From Candidatus Latescibacterota bacterium (lineage in GTDB: Bacteria > Latescibacterota > UBA2968 > UBA8231), in contig OZ244561.1 of the NCBI GenBank assembly GCA_965217585.1, positions 832,001 to 896,000 on the forward strand: DNA of 64,000 nt. The letters are read 5' to 3'. Both the position numbers and the translations under genes were made by a program. The notes under the pieces are model-generated. The model saw only the letters and a list, made by a program, of their open reading frames with translations, was not told where the DNA came from and searched no databases. Each line of letters starts with the position of its first letter. Position 1 is the stretch's first letter. Shown in pieces: positions 18,683 to 28,536 of the stretch.

Positions 18683-20632
18683 ATGCTGCAGCCTATTTCA
18701 TCCTTTTTTTTGCTCGCGCTTTACTGTCTGCTCTGCTCGGACTTTTTCACTGGGCGGCCGGCGGCAGCACTGACGATTTACCGCATCGGCGGTGAGCAGT
18801 TGCCGGCACCGGTGCTGGATGCCCCATTCGATTTTGTCCAGCTATCGTGGCGAGAAGTTGATGCAAGCCGGCACGGCAGCACCCATCAACTCGCAGTACT
18901 GCCCGAGCACATCGCCCCCCAGCGCCTGGATCCCAATATAAATCTCACGTCCCAACTCGCAGCGATCGGGGGCAAAATCCAGCACCTGAATTGGGCTGGC
19001 TGGCAGAAGCCCACCGACGAAGACGCGCTGATCTTTGATGCGGATACGTCCACGGCCTATTTGGGGGACGGCCGTTTTTCCCGCTCAGTCGGCGATCCGC
19101 CCCAGAAGAATTGGCTCTTCGACTTTGGTGGCGATTTCTTTATCGAGCGGATCCGCTTTTTTCCGCGCCAGCGCTTTTTGAGCGACCGCTTTATCGAACA
19201 CTTCATCATCGGCATCAGAGACTCGGATCCGCTCAAGGAAGGCTCGCGGGCATTCGTCGTGGGTCAGGTCAGGGTCGGCAGCCGACCGCTGGATTTTGAC
19301 ATCGTCTACAATATAGATGAAAACAGCGCGCCGGTGCTTGATCTGGAACTGCCGCCGGTGCCCATCTCCCAGCTCCTTTTCCACGGCTTCAAGAACAACC
19401 GTGGAATCTGGGAAATCGCCGAATTTCAAATCTTTGGATCCGGCTTTGCTCCCTCCGCCAGCTATGTGTCCAACGTCATCGAACTGGGCGGAGTAGCCAG
19501 CCTAGGTACCCTATCTTGGTCAGGGCAGCAGGATCTAGGTGCCCGCATCGAGCTACGAATGCGCAGCGGCGATGACGACGATCCCAACACCTATTGGCGT
19601 TTTACCTTCAACGGCGACACCCAGAGCCGCTTCGACAACGGCGGCAAGCCGCTGGACCGGCAGAGCCACCGGCGGCTGGAATCGGGCGAGCGGGCGGGCA
19701 TTACCCACGATACCGAGCACTGGCAGTTCTGGTCGCCACCTTTCGCTTGGGCCTCCGGTTCCAGCCCTATGGCCGGTTCCAAATCGAGGCAGTTTGTCCA
19801 ATTTAAGGTCGATATCTCCTCGACGAAGGAGGCGTCGGGGCGGCTAGACTACTTGCAGTTCTCCGCCTCTACTCCGCCCGTAGCCAGGGAAGCGTTGGGC
19901 GAGATCGTCCCCATTGCAACGACGCCTGGGACCGTCACCTCTTTTACCTACAAACTAAAACCCCGTCTGGACCAGGCCGATCTGGGGTTTGATACCATAG
20001 CCATCGATACGCCCGTGCAACCAGTGGGTGTGGATTCGGTGCGCATCAGCGGTCAAAGCGTTGCGTTTGACCTAGCGCGAATAGACGAGAGGGGGTTTGC
20101 CGTGCGCATTCCACGCATCGATTTTCAGCGCACCCAAGAGTTGATTGAGGTCGTCTTTCGGGCTGAAATTTTTGAGTTTGCCACCATCTTCTCGGGCCGT
20201 CTTTTCGACAGCCAGCGCCCCCACGAAGTGCCGCATACCGTGTCGCCAGGCGATGCGGATGAGCGGGTGGACAGTGACGACTTGCAAGTGGACCTCGAGC
20301 ATCTAGAACAGCAGGCTCTGCGCTCCCTGCGGCTGATCCCAGCAACCTGCACCCCCAATGGAGACGGCATCAACGACATCGTGCATATCGAATACGAGCT
20401 GTTAAATCTGACCGAGGCGGTGGCAGTGCAGGTCTTGCTCTACGACCTGTCGGGCCGCTCTTTGGGTCCGCTATACCGGGGCGAGGCGGCCAGTGGTCGT
20501 TTTAGCACCACTTGGACGGGTCGAGACCAGAATGGCGCGCTCCTAGCTCCCGGGCTTTATATCCTGCGCCTGAAAGTGGATGCGGATAAAGGCGAGGAGA
20601 GCCGTGGTCGCGTGGTCTCTTTGCTATACTGA
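18683..20632 (+). CDS. Cassette protein D1: secreted discoidin-like + FlgD-Ig/CTD protein
   Basis: Signal then LTIYRIGGE; FDFGGDFFIERIRFFPR, WEIAEFQIFG; C-terminal CTPNGDGIND...WTGRDQNG...PGLY...LLY; paralog of 40726-42732. Confidence 0.75.
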   Translation: MLQPISSFFLLALYCLLCSDFFTGRPAAALTIYRIGGEQLPAPVLDAPFDFVQLSWREVDASRHGSTHQLAVLPEHIAPQRLDPNINLTSQLAAIGGKIQHLNWAGWQKPTDEDALIFDADTSTAYLGDGRFSRSVGDPPQKNWLFDFGGDFFIERIRFFPRQRFLSDRFIEHFIIGIRDSDPLKEGSRAFVVGQVRVGSRPLDFDIVYNIDENSAPVLDLELPPVPISQLLFHGFKNNRGIWEIAEFQIFGSGFAPSASYVSNVIELGGVASLGTLSWSGQQDLGARIELRMRSGDDDDPNTYWRFTFNGDTQSRFDNGGKPLDRQSHRRLESGERAGITHDTEHWQFWSPPFAWASGSSPMAGSKSRQFVQFKVDISSTKEASGRLDYLQFSASTPPVAREALGEIVPIATTPGTVTSFTYKLKPRLDQADLGFDTIAIDTPVQPVGVDSVRISGQSVAFDLARIDERGFAVRIPRIDFQRTQELIEVVFRAEIFEFATIFSGRLFDSQRPHEVPHTVSPGDADERVDSDDLQVDLEHLEQQALRSLRLIPATCTPNGDGINDIVHIEYELLNLTEAVAVQVLLYDLSGRSLGPLYRGEAASGRFSTTWTGRDQNGALLAPGLYILRLKVDADKGEESRGRVVSLLY

Positions 20633-20675
20633 AGATTGACTGGCAAGTCTTGGTCTTAACCGGGGGCGATCATCT

Positions 20676-23222
20676 ATGAGGTGGATCTATCTGGCAGCTA
20701 CCGTCTTTGGCCTGATCGGCGCCGGAGCGGTTGGAGCACAGACCGAGGGCTACCGCCTCACCGACGACCGGATCATCGTCGACACCCGTCAGTCCTGGCA
20801 AAACTGGCAATTTCCTCAGGGCACATTGGAGCTTGCAGCAGACGGCCAGGTACGGCCCCGGCGCTTGCGGCGCAACATCAACGCCGGGCTCGATATCGTG
20901 GATTTTTTGCGGCGCTATCCACCGCGGTCCGCCAAAGGCAAATCCCCTGAGGAAATCACCTTATTGGACGCCATTCAGGCTGGTTCCAACCGCGAGCAAG
21001 TGGTACATGTGCTGGATGGGGATCATAGCACGTACTGGGAGCCGACCCCGATTGACCAGGAGGCAGATCTAGCTTCTCTGTGGTGGTTTGCAGTAGATCT
21101 TGGCCGCCTGACTTTCATTGAGAAGATCGTGCTTAAATTTGCCGACGAAGGCCAGGGCGACCCCTTCCTGCTCTTCGACGTTCTCGTTTCGAACGGACTG
21201 GCCTCGTCGCGGCTGTCCGGCAATCAGACTCCCCAATTCAAGAGCGTCCTGCGGACCTTAAAACCCAATAAGAGCCAGCGACTTTTCGCAATCGACTTCC
21301 GCGATATTGTGGAGGTGGGTGGCGAAGGAGCTCGCCTAGTCAAGGTGGTCATAACCGGCAGCGACTTGGAACGAGGTCAGGAGATCGACCCCGCAGCATA
21401 CGAGCGCCTAGCGGAGGCTGACCGGGGAGCGATCGACTACTTCAAGCGCCAGCCCGATGGGCGGGAGGCCGTGGTCAAGCAGACGCTCTACGAGCAACTG
21501 GAGCCGGAGCGCCAAGGTCCTGTGCGCTACTACCGCCGGGAGCGCCCCCGTCTGGCCGAATTAGAGGTGTGGACTGAAGGCGACGAAATCGCCGGAGATG
21601 CCATCGCCCGCGGTGGCTTTATAAGCTCCAACCGCAATCTCAATGTGGCCTCCTTCCTCGACAGCGATCTAAGCACCTTTTCCTTTTTGCAGTTCGACGA
21701 TCTGGACATGGAGATCGTCTCCGACCTAGGGGGCCATTTCTGGATCGATACCCACCGGCAATTTTACCATATCGGCGGGAGCGCCGCTTCCTCCAGCTTT
21801 CCCAGTTACAAGCTGGATTTTTCGGACGGTAGTCGCGCTCCGGACGGCAGCCTGAGATGGCGCAATGCGGTGGAGCGGGAACAGATCCCAATTTTCGACG
21901 CCCAAGTGGAGGGCAATGAATTTGCACTGCTCAAGGCCCGATTTTTCCGCTTCCAGTGGACTGCAACCGGCGGTGCCGCGGTGTTGGCCGAACTCCAGTT
22001 CTACGGGCGCGGCTATCAACCCGAAGTTTATTTGCAGTCGGACCTGGTCCGGCTGGGAGGACGCCGCAATCTGCTCTCTATTGACTGGGAGGCAGATAGT
22101 CCCCCGGGGACTCAGGTGCTAATTCAGACCCGCACCGGCAATGAACTGGGGCAAGTCCTCCACTATTTTGACAAAGGCGGCAACGAGGTCACCGAAGCGG
22201 AGTACCGGGATATGCTCTCCTTTTCTAGGGGCGATAGTATTCCAGAGGCCGTGCCGGGCAGCGATTGGAGCGACTGGAGCGAACCTTATGCCGACCCTAC
22301 CGGCAGTCCCATACTCTCCCCTTCACCGCGCGAGTTCCTCAAGATCCGAGCCACGCTGCTGTCGGACAATCCGGATACCAGCGCCGCGCTCAGGGCCATC
22401 CATATCGACTTCGCCAAGCCTCTGGTCCAAAGTATAGTGGGCGAGGTCTTCCCCGCCCAAGTCGATTCGCTGGGCGTAGAACGCCGCTTTTCACTCTATA
22501 TCCGGCCCCAATTTGCCGCTGGCGACATCGGCTTTGACGAGTTGCTGCTGAGAGCTTCAGCCGACATGCAGCTACAATTTTCTGGGCTCTACGGAGGGCA
22601 GGCCAACGATTTTGCCGCAGAATCACAGCTAGAGGGCGTTGTCCGCCTGCCTAGCCGCCAGGACAGCCTGCATCTAAAATTTTCGGGCATCGACCCCTCA
22701 GATGAGATCGAGTTGCTGCGGCTCGATTTTACTACCGCCCTCTTTTCTACCGGAACGATCCTGCGGGCGGCCCTGCGCCACAGCACCTCCGGCGGAGAGG
22801 GCTGGCAACGAGTAGATCCAGGCGATGCCCTAGCCTCGGTTGCCAGTAATACGACCACGCTGCTGGGCACGGCGCAGAGCAAGGCCCTGCTAATAGACGT
22901 AGAGGTGCATCCGCCCGTGTTCACACCCAATGGAGACGGGATCAACGATAGTGCAGACCTAGTCTTTAAGGTCGTCCGTCTCAGCGACGACAGTCCCGTC
23001 GAGTTGAGCATCTACGATCTGAGTGGCCGGCGCATCCGCCACCTAGTCGAAAGGCGATCCCTGAGCACGGGCCAGTACCGCATGAGTTGGGACGGCCGGG
23101 ATGATACCGGCGCGAAAGTGGCACCAGGTATCTATTGCGGGCGTTTGCGCATCGACGCGGAACTTGCGGGAGCCGGGGTCACAGACCGGGAAGTACTGCG
23201 AACTATTGCCGTGACCTATTGA
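20676..23222 (+). CDS. Cassette protein E1: secreted protein with two discoidin-like segments + FlgD-Ig/CTD
   Basis: Signal ending VGA-QTEG; WWFAVDLGRL...RERPRLAELEVW; second DLGGHFWID...LAELQFYG; C-terminal FTPNGDGIND...WDGRDDTG...PGIY...VTY; paralog of 42763-45543. Confidence 0.75.
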   Translation: MRWIYLAATVFGLIGAGAVGAQTEGYRLTDDRIIVDTRQSWQNWQFPQGTLELAADGQVRPRRLRRNINAGLDIVDFLRRYPPRSAKGKSPEEITLLDAIQAGSNREQVVHVLDGDHSTYWEPTPIDQEADLASLWWFAVDLGRLTFIEKIVLKFADEGQGDPFLLFDVLVSNGLASSRLSGNQTPQFKSVLRTLKPNKSQRLFAIDFRDIVEVGGEGARLVKVVITGSDLERGQEIDPAAYERLAEADRGAIDYFKRQPDGREAVVKQTLYEQLEPERQGPVRYYRRERPRLAELEVWTEGDEIAGDAIARGGFISSNRNLNVASFLDSDLSTFSFLQFDDLDMEIVSDLGGHFWIDTHRQFYHIGGSAASSSFPSYKLDFSDGSRAPDGSLRWRNAVEREQIPIFDAQVEGNEFALLKARFFRFQWTATGGAAVLAELQFYGRGYQPEVYLQSDLVRLGGRRNLLSIDWEADSPPGTQVLIQTRTGNELGQVLHYFDKGGNEVTEAEYRDMLSFSRGDSIPEAVPGSDWSDWSEPYADPTGSPILSPSPREFLKIRATLLSDNPDTSAALRAIHIDFAKPLVQSIVGEVFPAQVDSLGVERRFSLYIRPQFAAGDIGFDELLLRASADMQLQFSGLYGGQANDFAAESQLEGVVRLPSRQDSLHLKFSGIDPSDEIELLRLDFTTALFSTGTILRAALRHSTSGGEGWQRVDPGDALASVASNTTTLLGTAQSKALLIDVEVHPPVFTPNGDGINDSADLVFKVVRLSDDSPVELSIYDLSGRRIRHLVERRSLSTGQYRMSWDGRDDTGAKVAPGIYCGRLRIDAELAGAGVTDREVLRTIAVTY

Positions 23223-23293
23223 TGGCCAATATTGCACCTTGGGATTCGCTTTTTTAATCCTCAGCAAAGATAAATTTCCACGAAAGGTATTCT

Positions 23294-25108
23294 ATGCTAG
23301 AAAAGCTCAAAATGAGCTACCGTGGCCCCAGAGAGTTTGTCGTGACCCCGCGCGAAAAACAGTCGCTGCACCTAGGTCTGGAATGTCCCCAAGGCCTGCC
23401 CGCCGGAACCGAAATTCGCGCTACAATCCGCAATTTTCGCGCTTTCGGCGATATGGACTGGATCCTAGAGGGCATAGAAGTGGCAGAGGGACGCGGCCGT
23501 CTGGTAGTGGGACATGGTCCACCGCGCACCTGGGATGAGATGATGCGGGGAGCGGGGACGCCCGGTGGAGGCGGGCTGATAGGGGGCGAACACAATCAGC
23601 TCCACCTATGCACTGCTGTGGTGGCAGAGGCACTGGGCGAAAACGCGCAGGTTATGGTGCATCTCCAAGCCACTCCTACGACCTACGCCGGGCTCGACGC
23701 CGGGCTCGAATTGCGGGTCCGCCCACAGGGAGCTAACGCCTTCTCGAACATAGGAGCACCCGTCCAGATACGCAGTATCCCCGGAAGCCCATCTCGTCTA
23801 GAAGTGCGGACCACCTCGATGGCCGACGATTCGGGCAGCATACGCGTTGTGTTATTCGCCACCGACGCTTTGGCCAATCCGGTCCCTACCTATCGGGGCA
23901 AGTTGGCGCTGAAATCAACCGGGCACGTCGAAGGCCTTCCCGCCGAGGTAGTCATCGGCGAACAAGACGAAGGCCGCTGCGAACTCGAAAATCTGCGGGT
24001 CTCCCCCGGAATCCCGGTGCGCTTCGAAGCGCTCGATAGCCAGCTCGGGCTCGCAGCGACCAGCTCGGCGGTTGTGGACCAATTCTCTGAAAAGCGGCAC
24101 TTCTTTGGCGCCATCCACTTTCACACGGACCTTTCACTGGATGGCGGTCGGCAACTGAGCGAGGCCTACGCTTATGCCCGGGACTATTTAAACCTCGATG
24201 TGGTCGCGGCGACAGACCACGCACCCCTAGGCCAGGCCTGGGAAGAAACGCTCAGAGTCAATCAAAGCTTTTACCAGCCGGGCCGCTTTGTCACTCTGCC
24301 GGCTTGGGAGAGTTCCAATATTCTGGGACACGCCAATATCTATTTGCGTTCTCCCGACGTCGATGCCGGTCCCGGCTACTGGCAGCCCGAACTCAATCCA
24401 TCCGCAATACCCTGGCCCGAAGACGCCGTAGTGGTGCCGCACCACACGAATATCGCGGGAGGACAATACTGGTCCCATTACCACTGGTCGACGCCTAATG
24501 AACGCGTCCGGCTCGTCGAGGTCGTGCAAGGACGGGGCAACTTTGAAGCCGATGAGCTGGATGAGGCCTGGGGCATAATCAATGGCGGACACAAAGCCTC
24601 TGTGCAGAATGCACTGTCAATGGGGTGGCGACTGGGCTTTGTGGGCGGCACGGATAATCACCACGGTTTTCCGACGCAAATGGGCGGCAAATATATCGGG
24701 CTAACCTGTTTCCTAGCTAGCGAACTGACCCGCGATGCCGTCTGGCAGGCCATGGACCAGCGCTCTACGTACGCCACTTCGGGCGTGCCTATTCTGTGTC
24801 AGTTTTCCGTGAATGGCAATTCGCTGGGAAGCGCCGCTTGCCTAGGAAAAGACGAAGAAGTGTTCTTTGACGCCTCCCTGCACGGCACGGCTCCCATTGA
24901 GGTGGTTGAGATCATTTCCAATGGTCAATGCGTTTGGCGCGCCACGCCCGGAGAGTGGGATGTCGAGCTAAATGCAGTCTCTTTGCCCGCTCCAGCAGGC
25001 AGAGAAGCCTACTATTACCTGCGTCTGCGCCAGGTGGATGGGCACAAGGCTTGGCTGAGCCCGGTGTGGCTCGAGCGCAAAGGATCACCTACGCAGATAC
25101 GACCTTGA
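23294..25108 (+). CDS. DUF3604 / PHP-like metallohydrolase
   Basis: Metal-ligand motifs FGAIHFHT, AATDH, GHANIY, VPHH, GFVGGTDNH; RSTYATSG; C-terminal YYYLRLRQVDGHKAWLSPVW. Confidence 0.75.
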   Translation: MLEKLKMSYRGPREFVVTPREKQSLHLGLECPQGLPAGTEIRATIRNFRAFGDMDWILEGIEVAEGRGRLVVGHGPPRTWDEMMRGAGTPGGGGLIGGEHNQLHLCTAVVAEALGENAQVMVHLQATPTTYAGLDAGLELRVRPQGANAFSNIGAPVQIRSIPGSPSRLEVRTTSMADDSGSIRVVLFATDALANPVPTYRGKLALKSTGHVEGLPAEVVIGEQDEGRCELENLRVSPGIPVRFEALDSQLGLAATSSAVVDQFSEKRHFFGAIHFHTDLSLDGGRQLSEAYAYARDYLNLDVVAATDHAPLGQAWEETLRVNQSFYQPGRFVTLPAWESSNILGHANIYLRSPDVDAGPGYWQPELNPSAIPWPEDAVVVPHHTNIAGGQYWSHYHWSTPNERVRLVEVVQGRGNFEADELDEAWGIINGGHKASVQNALSMGWRLGFVGGTDNHHGFPTQMGGKYIGLTCFLASELTRDAVWQAMDQRSTYATSGVPILCQFSVNGNSLGSAACLGKDEEVFFDASLHGTAPIEVVEIISNGQCVWRATPGEWDVELNAVSLPAPAGREAYYYLRLRQVDGHKAWLSPVWLERKGSPTQIRP

Positions 25109-25616
25109 TATACGCTCCGTTTCTATAGAGTCTCTCCAGGGTCTTTTTCCCGGTTGGGTCAAATTCGATCCACTTCCCGCTTCCCATAGAAAAAGTGCCT
25201 TCCCCTCTTAGTTGTTCGTTCTCGTCCACATAAATCCACTTCCCGTTAAATCGCCCATTTTTATAGTTTATCTCTTCTTTTACTTTTCCATTTCTGTAAT
25301 ACTCGACCCATCTTCCCTCGCTTTTATCATCCTTAAAGCGGCCCTCGTAGCGCAGCTCACCGCTAGCGAAATATCCGACCCATTTACCATGTTTTTGCCC
25401 GTTTTTGTATTCCCCTTTGTATTCTACCCCACCATCGGCGTGGTAGGCGATCCATTGTCCGTCCTTATGGCCGTTGTCGTATGTGCCTTCTTTGCATATC
25501 TTGCCGCTTTCGTAATACTCAATCCTCTTTCCGTGCAGTTTTCCATCTTTGTAGCTGGCTCGGCTTTTTATTTTTTCACTCGGATAGTGGTCTAGGCGAT
25601 ATTCATCTTCCTCCAT
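25089..25616 (-). CDS. MORN-variant repeat protein (YwqK-like)
   Basis: Repeats of YxxGxxxGxWxxYxxxG (YKDGKLHGKRIEYYESG, YKNGQKHGKWVGYFASG, YKNGRFNGKWIYVDEN); AAGGAGG upstream of ATG 25616. Confidence 0.8.
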   Translation of the reverse strand: MEEDEYRLDHYPSEKIKSRASYKDGKLHGKRIEYYESGKICKEGTYDNGHKDGQWIAYHADGGVEYKGEYKNGQKHGKWVGYFASGELRYEGRFKDDKSEGRWVEYYRNGKVKEEINYKNGRFNGKWIYVDENEQLRGEGTFSMGSGKWIEFDPTGKKTLERLYRNGAYIKVVSA

Positions 25617-25795
25617 GAGTTCAGCTCCTCCTTGCCAAATCGAAAAATAGCCCGCGTCGGGAAATGGGCCAGCGATCGAGAGCGAATATATAAGTCTCAT
25701 TGTCCGTTGCCAAAACAAGGACACCTGGGAAGCTATTAGTGATCATCGACGCTCATACCCAATACTGTCCAACCTCTAGCCGGTCCACCTCACCC

Positions 25796-27736
25796 ATGCC
25801 ACCTGAACCCGTTAAATCCCCGTTCACCTTCAAAGGCATCGTTGTCGGGGCCCTCTTCTCACTGATAGTCAGCCTCTGCGCGCCCTTTGTTGTCTTTATG
25901 CTTCAGGCCTCCTCCGTGGGTATCAACAGTTCGTCGCCCGGTGCCATCTTTTTCTTTTTTGTGCTCACCCTCTTCGTCAACCTCGTCCTCGGGCTGATTA
26001 AGCGTCAGTTTGCCCTAGGCCGGGCCGACCTCATCCTCGTTTACTCCATGCTGCTGATGGCGGTAACCCTGCCGACCTACAATTTCCTTAACTATCTGAT
26101 CGGCATGATTTCCTCCCCCTACTACATGGCCTCGCCGGAGAACAATTTCGCCGAAGTTTATCTACCTCATATCCCTGACTGGATGGTACCCCAAGATGAA
26201 AAGGCCGTTTTTGCACTCTACGAGGGATTGCCAAGCGGCCAATCCATACCCTGGGCCGCGTGGATCGAACCCCTGTCGCACTGGTTTGCTTTCTTTTTAT
26301 GCTTGAGCTTTATGATGATATGTATGGCCACTATTTTACATCGTCAGTGGTCGGTCCACGAGCGTCTTAGTTATCCTATGACGCAGCTGCCCCTGCAGAT
26401 GATCGAAGGCACGAGTCCGGGGCAGGTGGCACCCTTTTTTTTTAAAAAACTGATGTGGCTCGGCTTTGCCGTGCCTTTCATTCTATTCAGTTTTTCGGGG
26501 TTAAACCACTACCTGCCGATCGTGCCCGAATTTCCCTTTTACATCGCCTGGATTCACTGGTTTCGCGATATCAACACCTGGGGAGAAGGCCTGGCGCTCA
26601 GTTACGCCTGGCTCGGGTTTTTCTATCTGGTCGATTTGAATATTTCCCTCAGCATTTGGTTCTTTTTTTTAATAGGCAAGCTCCAAGACGGACTCTTCCG
26701 CACCTTGGGCATTCACAGCACCGAGCAGCTGAGTCAGTACGAGTACTCCCAGTTGGCAGATCTGACCCATCAGGCCGTGGGCGCTACCATAGTCTTTGTA
26801 CTCTTTGGCTTGTGGACGGCCAGGCACCACTTGCGGGATGTGGTAGCCACGGCCTGGCGGCCGGCCAGTGGCGTCGACGACAGCGAGGAGCTGATGTCCT
26901 ACCGCCTGGCTTTTTTTGGTCTGATCGCCAGTTTGCTCTTTGTCTGTTTCTGGCTGTGGCGCTCGGGGCTTCCCCCCGTCGTCATTCCCGTTTTTCTCTT
27001 TATTTGCCTGATCTACTACATTCTCATCACCCGGGTCGTCTCGGCCGGTGGTGTGCCCACGGCTCGGCCCCCGCTAGTGGCACCTTATTTCATCATCTCG
27101 GGACTAGGCACTTCGATTCTGGGCGCCAAAGGCATGGTAGCCCTGTGCTTCACTATGGTGTGGCAGGCGGAAATGCGCCTCTTTCCCATGCTCGCCTGCG
27201 CCAACGCGCTCAAGCTGGCCGAATCGGTCCGCGGCTCGAAGAGGCGCCTTTTGCTGGGCCTGCTACTGGCTCTGGTGTGCAGTATGGTCGGCGGGACGGC
27301 GATGAATTTGCATCTGGGGTACACCTATGGCGGCATTAACCTAGGGTCCTATGCCGGCTTTGGCGGCAACTGGGACCTGTGGTTGTCGCTGATGCACAAT
27401 CCCCGGGGGATGGATGTGCGCGGTTGGGTCTTCACCGGCCTCGGCGGTGTCTTCGAGGCTTTTCTGATGGTCGCCCAGAAGCGCTGGTACTGGTGGCCGT
27501 TCCACCCTTTGGGTTTTCCTTTGGCCATTGGCTGGCTCACCAGCGAGATATGGTTTGCCGCCCTGCTCGCCTGGCTGTGCAAATTGACGATTCTGCACTT
27601 TGGCGGTCCCAAGATCTACCGCATTTTAAAGCCCTTTTTCTTGGGCTTGATCTTAGGCGAAGTCTCCGTCGCCGCTTTCTGGGCCGTCATCGATACGTTG
27701 CTGGGCGGGAGCGGCAATGTCATAACCTACATGTGA
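25796..27736 (+). CDS. DUF6785/DUF6784-type multi-pass membrane protein, paralog 2
   Basis: QWSVHERLSYPMTQLPL, WWPFHPLGF, KPFFLGLILGE; collinear with 474-2417. Start set at ATG 25796 by alignment with paralog 1. Confidence 0.75.
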   Translation: MPPEPVKSPFTFKGIVVGALFSLIVSLCAPFVVFMLQASSVGINSSSPGAIFFFFVLTLFVNLVLGLIKRQFALGRADLILVYSMLLMAVTLPTYNFLNYLIGMISSPYYMASPENNFAEVYLPHIPDWMVPQDEKAVFALYEGLPSGQSIPWAAWIEPLSHWFAFFLCLSFMMICMATILHRQWSVHERLSYPMTQLPLQMIEGTSPGQVAPFFFKKLMWLGFAVPFILFSFSGLNHYLPIVPEFPFYIAWIHWFRDINTWGEGLALSYAWLGFFYLVDLNISLSIWFFFLIGKLQDGLFRTLGIHSTEQLSQYEYSQLADLTHQAVGATIVFVLFGLWTARHHLRDVVATAWRPASGVDDSEELMSYRLAFFGLIASLLFVCFWLWRSGLPPVVIPVFLFICLIYYILITRVVSAGGVPTARPPLVAPYFIISGLGTSILGAKGMVALCFTMVWQAEMRLFPMLACANALKLAESVRGSKRRLLLGLLLALVCSMVGGTAMNLHLGYTYGGINLGSYAGFGGNWDLWLSLMHNPRGMDVRGWVFTGLGGVFEAFLMVAQKRWYWWPFHPLGFPLAIGWLTSEIWFAALLAWLCKLTILHFGGPKIYRILKPFFLGLILGEVSVAAFWAVIDTLLGGSGNVITYM

Positions 27737-27744
27737 GAAGAGAT

Positions 27745-28503
27745 TCAAATGCCGACTTCGCTTGGGCGATAGGGTTCACCGCCTTCAAGTCGCCGCTCCC
27801 AATCACTCACTCCGGGCTCTGGGACGCCGAAGAGCTGGCGTCGATTGTGGGATTGGGTAATCCGCTGCTGAATGGACGCGGGCAGGTCCCGGTAGTCATA
27901 CTGCGTCTTCATCCACGAGCGGACGTACGAGTACTCGAGCACTTTGCGGTCGCTGTTACTGCGGTTGTGAAAGCGGGCGTGCCAGCAGTAGCCGTTGAAG
28001 AGCACCGCGTCGCCGGCTTTGGCCGCTAGCTTGGCGTGATGTGGCATATCCTCGTGATTCTCAATGTCGGGCAAGGGATGTCCCATCTCAAAGCGATGGC
28101 TGCCGGGAACGATGGCGAAGGTGGCACCGTTTTCGGGGACGTCCACCAGATAGGTGAAGACTTTGGTCATGATCAGCGAGTCCGGCAAATACACGCCCGT
28201 TATGTCGCAAAGATCGCAGTGCCAGCCGCCGCCCGATTCGGTGTTGGCTTCCCTGACGCCTCCATGGGCATAGCGCAGTTGCACATCCTCCCCTAGAACC
28301 GCTCGCACGACTGGGAAGATGGCGGGGTGATCCACCATATCGACGAACACCTCGTCCTGATGGAGAAGGTCGTAAAGCGAGTCATTCTTCGCCGCCTGGT
28401 CAAAGGCATTGAGTACCCGCTCCACCTCGGCACCCGACAGCGCCCCGCGGATAAAGACAAATCCCTGTGAGTTATACTGTTGCCTGGCTTGTTCGGGTGT
28501 CAT
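27745..28503 (-). CDS. Phytanoyl-CoA dioxygenase (PhyH) family Fe(II)/2-oxoglutarate oxygenase
   Basis: QGFVFIRGALS, WHCD (HxD), VPGSH, AGDAVLFNGYCWHA..N.S..DR; facial triad intact. Confidence 0.85.
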   Translation of the reverse strand: MTPEQARQQYNSQGFVFIRGALSGAEVERVLNAFDQAAKNDSLYDLLHQDEVFVDMVDHPAIFPVVRAVLGEDVQLRYAHGGVREANTESGGGWHCDLCDITGVYLPDSLIMTKVFTYLVDVPENGATFAIVPGSHRFEMGHPLPDIENHEDMPHHAKLAAKAGDAVLFNGYCWHARFHNRSNSDRKVLEYSYVRSWMKTQYDYRDLPASIQQRITQSHNRRQLFGVPEPGVSDWERRLEGGEPYRPSEVGI

Positions 28504-28536
28504 ATTGGGGCCCAGTTTTTCGTAAAGTTTGGCAAT

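Noticed and set aside
9319-23222. Flagellar hook-capping (flgD) genes
   Set aside because: Only the C-terminal Ig-like motif resembles FlgD; the proteins have Sec-type signals and no flagellar genes are nearby.
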